Shown piece by piece: positions 60,769 to 64,000 of a stretch of DNA of 64,000 nt; the first letter of the stretch is position 1; every line of letters begins with the position of its first letter. The notes beneath the pieces were generated by a model, which saw only the letters and a program-made list of their open reading frames with translations, made no database searches and was not told the origin of the DNA. The stretch comes from Alphaproteobacteria bacterium (GTDB lineage: Bacteria > Myxococcota_A > UBA796 > GCA-2862545). Both the position numbers and the translations under genes were made by a program. Where the stretch lies: the NCBI GenBank assembly GCA_020632915.1, contig JACKEP010000023.1, positions 1-64,000 of the forward strand. Direction: 5' to 3'.

Positions 60769-62499
60769 ATGGCCCGTCGAGCGTGGCCCGCGGTGGCCGC
60801 CGGTCTGGCGCTGGCGTGCGTGTCGACCGATCCGGTCGAGGCGTTGCGCGGTCGCTTCGTCCCGCTCCCGGTCAGCGGCGGCACGCTCGCTGCGGCCGAC
60901 GACGTCGTGTGGGCGGCGGTGCCCGACGCCGACGCCGTGGTGGCCGTGCGCGTGGTGGACGGCGCGCTCGTTCCGGTGCGCACCCACCTCCTGCCCGCGG
61001 GTGCGCGACCGGGGCGGATCGTCGCCACCGCCGACGGCGCGTACGTCACCCTGCGGGGCACGGGCGAGGTGGCGCAGGTGACGGGGTCCCGCGTCCGCCG
61101 CGCTGCGGTGTGCGCGGGTCCGATGGGGCTCGCGCGCGACGGCGACGACCTGTGGGTGGCCTGCGAGGACGGCGCGCTGGTGCGGGTCGACGGAGGCTCC
61201 CTGGCGGTCCTGGCGCGGCGGCAGCTGGACGGTGACCTCCGGGACGTCGTCGTGGCCGGCGCCGCCGTGTGGGTGTCGCGCCTGCGGGACGCCGCCGTGG
61301 TGCGCGTGGACCCCGACGCCGACAGCGTCGACGTCCTGCGTCCCCCTGACCTGCCAGGGCGCGCACCGGACGTCGGCTGGCGGCTGGTGCGTGATGGCGA
61401 CGCCGTCGTGCTCGCCCACCAGCGCGCGGTCACCGAGCGCGTGGACCTCGTGGGCGCCGACGCGTTCGGCACGCCGGCCTACGGCGGGCGGTCCTGCGAC
61501 GCGGTCGTCGGCACGGCGCTGACCTGGTTCCCGCTGGACGGCAGCGCGCCGCGCACCTCGGGCCCGCTGAACAAGTCGGTGCTGCCGGTCGATCTGGTGG
61601 TCGACGGCGATGCGCGGTGGCTCGTGGCGGCCGGCGCCACGGGGCTGTCGGACGTGGCCCTGGGCCTGCTCGACGCGGTCCCCGACGTCGACGCAGGCTG
61701 CGCCACGCTGCCCGGGCTGACGTGGTCGGGACTCACCGGGGACGCAGGGGGGCGCGTCGTGGCCGCGGCCGCCACGCCGGCGGGGCTGGTCGTGCAGACG
61801 CAGGCGCCGGCGGCGCTGGTGCTCACCGACGGTCCCCGCGTGCTCGACCGGATGATGCTCCAGGACGACGACGCGGCGGCGGACGGGGTCGACGCCTTCC
61901 ACGCCGCGACCTCCGGCACGCTCGCCTGCGCGTCGTGCCACCCCGAGGGACGCGAGGACGGCCGCGCGTGGCGCTTCCTCACGATCGACGGGGCCGTGCG
62001 GCGGCGCACCCAGTCCCTGGCTGGCGGGGGCGTGGCCGACACCGCACCGTTCCACTGGCAGGGCGAGCTCGCCGACCTCGACGCCCTGCTCGACGACACA
62101 CGCGTCGCCCGCATGGGCATGGCGCGGCAGGCAGGGGACGTCGCAGGCCTCACGGCCCTGCTCGACCACATCCCGGCCGCGGTGGGGCCTGCGAGGGCGT
62201 CGGACGACGCCGTGCGTCGCGGCGCGGCCGTGTTCGACGCCGCGGGTTGTGCGACGTGCCACGCGGGCGAGGCGGCCACCGACGGCCTCGTCCACGACGT
62301 CGGCACCACCGACGAGGGCCGGCCCGCGGCGTTCGCCACACCCACCCTCCGCGGGCTGGCTGCGCGCGGTCCGTGGATGCACGACGGCTGCGCCACCACG
62401 CTGGCCGATCGGTTCACGCTGACGTGCGGCGGCACGGCCCACGGGGAGGTCGCTGCCGCCGACGTGCCGGCGCTGGTGGCGTGGCTGTCGACGCTGTGA
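60769..62499 (+). CDS. lipoprotein with N-terminal beta-propeller-like region and C-terminal di-heme cytochrome c peroxidase/MauG-like domain
   Basis: Lipobox MARRAWPAVAAGLALACVS. Two heme-binding CxxCH motifs (CASCHPEG and CATCHAG) with CCP-like spacing and a conserved W/M-rich C-terminus. Confidence 0.7.
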   Translation: MARRAWPAVAAGLALACVSTDPVEALRGRFVPLPVSGGTLAAADDVVWAAVPDADAVVAVRVVDGALVPVRTHLLPAGARPGRIVATADGAYVTLRGTGEVAQVTGSRVRRAAVCAGPMGLARDGDDLWVACEDGALVRVDGGSLAVLARRQLDGDLRDVVVAGAAVWVSRLRDAAVVRVDPDADSVDVLRPPDLPGRAPDVGWRLVRDGDAVVLAHQRAVTERVDLVGADAFGTPAYGGRSCDAVVGTALTWFPLDGSAPRTSGPLNKSVLPVDLVVDGDARWLVAAGATGLSDVALGLLDAVPDVDAGCATLPGLTWSGLTGDAGGRVVAAAATPAGLVVQTQAPAALVLTDGPRVLDRMMLQDDDAAADGVDAFHAATSGTLACASCHPEGREDGRAWRFLTIDGAVRRRTQSLAGGGVADTAPFHWQGELADLDALLDDTRVARMGMARQAGDVAGLTALLDHIPAAVGPARASDDAVRRGAAVFDAAGCATCHAGEAATDGLVHDVGTTDEGRPAAFATPTLRGLAARGPWMHDGCATTLADRFTLTCGGTAHGEVAAADVPALVAWLSTL

Positions 62500-62577
62500 G
62501 GGCTCCACCGCGTCGCACGGACTTCCTGGCCGTCGCCCCGCGGCAGGCGGTAGGGAGACGCCCCGACCCCGGATCGC

Positions 62578-64000
62578 GATGACCGCTCCCGCCCTCGACG
62601 TGCTGCGCCAGGTGTTCGACCACGACGGCTTCCGCGGCGGTCAGGGCGAGGCCGTCGACGCCTTCCTCGCCGGGCGCGACGTCCAGGTGCTGCTGCCCAC
62701 CGGCGGCGGCAAGTCGGTCTGCTACCAGGTGCCCGCCATCGTCCGCGCGCGCTCGGGCGGCGGGGCCACCGTGGTGGTCAGCCCGCTCATCGCGCTGATG
62801 CAGGACCAGGTCGACGCCCTGCGCGACAAGGGCGTGGTCGCGGTGGCGCTGCACAGCCAGCTCGACCGGGAGGCGTGGGAGGCCGCGCGCCAGGAGCTGC
62901 GCCACGCCGCGCTCATCTACGTCAGCCCCGAGCGGCTCGCCCAGCCGGCGAACCGACGGCGCCTGGCCGAGGTGGGCATCGGCGCGGTCGCCATCGACGA
63001 GGCCCACTGCATCAGCCAGTGGGGCCACGACTTCCGGCCCGGCTACCTCGCCCTCGACGCGCTGGTCCGCGAGTGGAACGTGCCGGTCATGGCGCTGACG
63101 GCCACCGCCACACCGTCGGTCATGGCCGAGATCCGCGACCGGCTCGGCCTGCGCGACCCCGTGGTGGTCGCCGGCTCGTTCGCGCGTCCCAACCTTCGCT
63201 TCCACGTACAGCACGTCCAGGGCGACATCGCGCGCGACACCGAGGCGGCGGCGTGGCTCGACCGCCTCGGCCTGGGCCGCAAGGGCGCGGGGCGCGCCGT
63301 CCTCTACGCCGCCACCCGCAAGCGCGTGGTCGACGCGGCGAAGCGGCTCAAGGCGCTCGGCGTGTCCGTCGAGCACTACCACGCCGGTCGCTCGGCCTCG
63401 GCGCGCGCCAACGCCCAGCAGCGCTTCGCCGACGGCAGCCGGGCCGTGATGGTGGCCACAAACGCCTTCGGCATGGGCATCGACCACCCCGACGTGCGGC
63501 TCGTGCTCCACCTGCAAGCACCCGGCTCGCTGGAGGCCTACTACCAGGAGGCCGGGCGTGCCGGCCGCGACGGCGACGACGCCCACTGCGTGCTGCTCTA
63601 CAGCCACGCTGACGCGCGCACGCAGGCCAACCTCCGCGGCAAGACGCCCGCTCCGGGCGCCGAGGCCGGCTGGGCCGCCCTGCAGGACTACGCCTTCGGT
63701 GCCACGTGCCGGCAGGCCGCCCTGGAGACGTGGTTCACCGGACGTCCCGCGCCCACGTGCGGCACGTGCGACGCGTGCATCGACGGCGCCACGGTGAGCG
63801 ACGGCGTGCGGCAGGCCCGCGACGTGGCCGCCGCCCGCAAGGCCACGCGCGCCGCCAAGGCGAAGGCCGACGCCGCCGTCCAGCTCGACGCCGCCGCGCT
63901 CGACACGGTGGTCGCGTTCGTCGACGGCCTGCGCAAGCCCCTCGGCAAGCGCCTCGTGGCGCAGGGCCTGCGGGGGAGCAAGGCCGCCCCGGTCAAGCGC
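62578..64000 (+). CDS. recQ: RecQ-family ATP-dependent DNA helicase (3' partial, continues beyond window)
   Basis: Motifs FRGGQGEAVDA, LLPTGGGKS, DEAHCISQWGHDFRP, LTATAT, HAGRSASARANAQQRF and YYQEAGRAGRDG. Zinc-binding Cys cluster CGTCDAC. No stop before the window end. Confidence 0.9.

Noticed and set aside
62414-63607. 397-aa minus-strand ORF
   Set aside because: It is antisense to recQ, whose helicase motifs are unambiguous.

Overview
This is a very high-GC (~72%) bacterial chromosomal window. It looks like a myxobacterium of the Sorangiineae/Sandaracinus type. Evidence: a MYXO-CTERM sorting tail on a subtilase, many FHA-domain proteins, many lipoproteins, a sigma-54 enhancer-binding protein, and FG-GAP/VCBS proteins.

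Feature overview:
- Protein-coding genes: about 55 supportable genes on both strands.
- Housekeeping genes: ribF-aroE; rplU-rpmA-obg; rsfS-rlmH; serA-serC; msrB; a quinone oxidoreductase; a partial recQ at the 3' edge.
- Accessory or unusual content: a 2,160-aa NB-ARC-like STAND NTPase fused to a ~1,700-residue Ala-rich helical region; two FHA/PP2C/AAA+ signalling-type clusters; a GAF sigma-54 activator next to an ammonium transporter with a clear -24/-12 promoter and palindromic upstream sites; three large FG-GAP proteins, two of them tandem paralogs; an uncharacterised two-gene membrane module; an SPFH protein with two DUF4339 repeats; a poly-His COG0523 zinc chaperone; and a diheme peroxidase-like lipoprotein.
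- Not found: no rRNA, tRNA, CRISPR array or obvious mobile element.
- Many long antisense or out-of-frame ORFs in the track are GC-driven artefacts and were rejected.

Coordinates come from the ORF track plus manual start refinement. Several starts are uncertain, mainly GTG starts and lipoprotein starts.
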